Of a stretch of 64,000 nt of DNA, positions 63,558-64,000 are shown in pieces. The DNA is taken from assembly GCA_964016885.1 (NCBI GenBank), contig OZ024764.1, positions 434,001 to 498,000 on the forward strand, read 5' to 3'. The translations under genes and the position numbers were made by a program. The notes beneath the pieces were generated by a model, which was given only the letters and a program-made list of their open reading frames with translations, made no database searches and was not told where the DNA came from. This DNA is from Eledone cirrhosa. Taxonomy: Eukaryota. How positions within the stretch are numbered: position 1 is the stretch's first letter; each line of letters starts with the position of its first letter.

Positions 63558-63822
63558 CACTGGTGCCAAGCTGTAGCAGCCATTTACCTTTCCCTTGGAC
63601 AACATATATAGTTTAGTGTATATATATATATATAATGTCACTGGTGTCAAGCTGTATCAGCCATTACCTTTCCCTTGGACAACATCGGTGGGGTGGAGAG
63701 GAGAGACTGGTATACATGGGTGACTGGTGGTTTTCCACAAACACCCTTGCCCGGACTTGTGCCTCAGAGGGGAACTTTTTAGGTACAAATCCCTGGTCAT
63801 TGGTGACCGAAAGGGCTCTTTA
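62585..63822. mobile_element. CORE-SINE family S4 (+, ~63160-63822) with an inverted partial copy and tandemly amplified internal segments
   Basis: CORE sequence at 63193-63268 is inverted at 63082-63157. The segment CACTGGTGCCAAGCTGTA.CAGCCATT..CTTGGACAACAT is repeated on both strands between (TA)n tracts. Confidence 0.7.
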
Positions 63823-64000
63823 CATTATATATATATATATATATATTTATATATTTAGCTTTCATATGGGATTTATTTACTAGTTTCGAAAATGTCATTG
63901 GTATTCAAACAGAATTGTGATTAGTTGCCAATAAACACAGATATATATATGTATATATATATATAAACAATGAGTTATTTGGGTTGTTGATTATTCAACA

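Overview
Eukaryotic, extremely microsatellite-rich DNA, most consistent with an octopod cephalopod (CORE-type tRNA SINEs, TA/CA arrays). One host gene is supported: a + strand AKAP1/spoonbill orthologue with an N-terminal mitochondrial anchor, a ~4 kb low-complexity exon, and KH and Tudor domains. Its 8 coding exons (17380-56927) join in phase to give ~1640 aa. The rest is repeats: about a dozen CORE-SINE copies whose tail matches an RTE LINE in the same window, other SINEs, bipartite non-autonomous RTE derivatives, RTE/CR1/Penelope fragments, Helitron, hAT and mariner MITEs, and several minisatellites. The most striking signal is more than 20 minimal type-I hammerhead ribozyme motifs. They belong to several sequence families, include CCGANGA and UUGAUAA core variants, and often sit in short fold-back elements beside their own antisense copy. 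Several AKAP1 exons also have upstream duplicated copies of their 5' end, two of which keep the acceptor and lead to in-frame stops. All structures were read by eye and none were computed.
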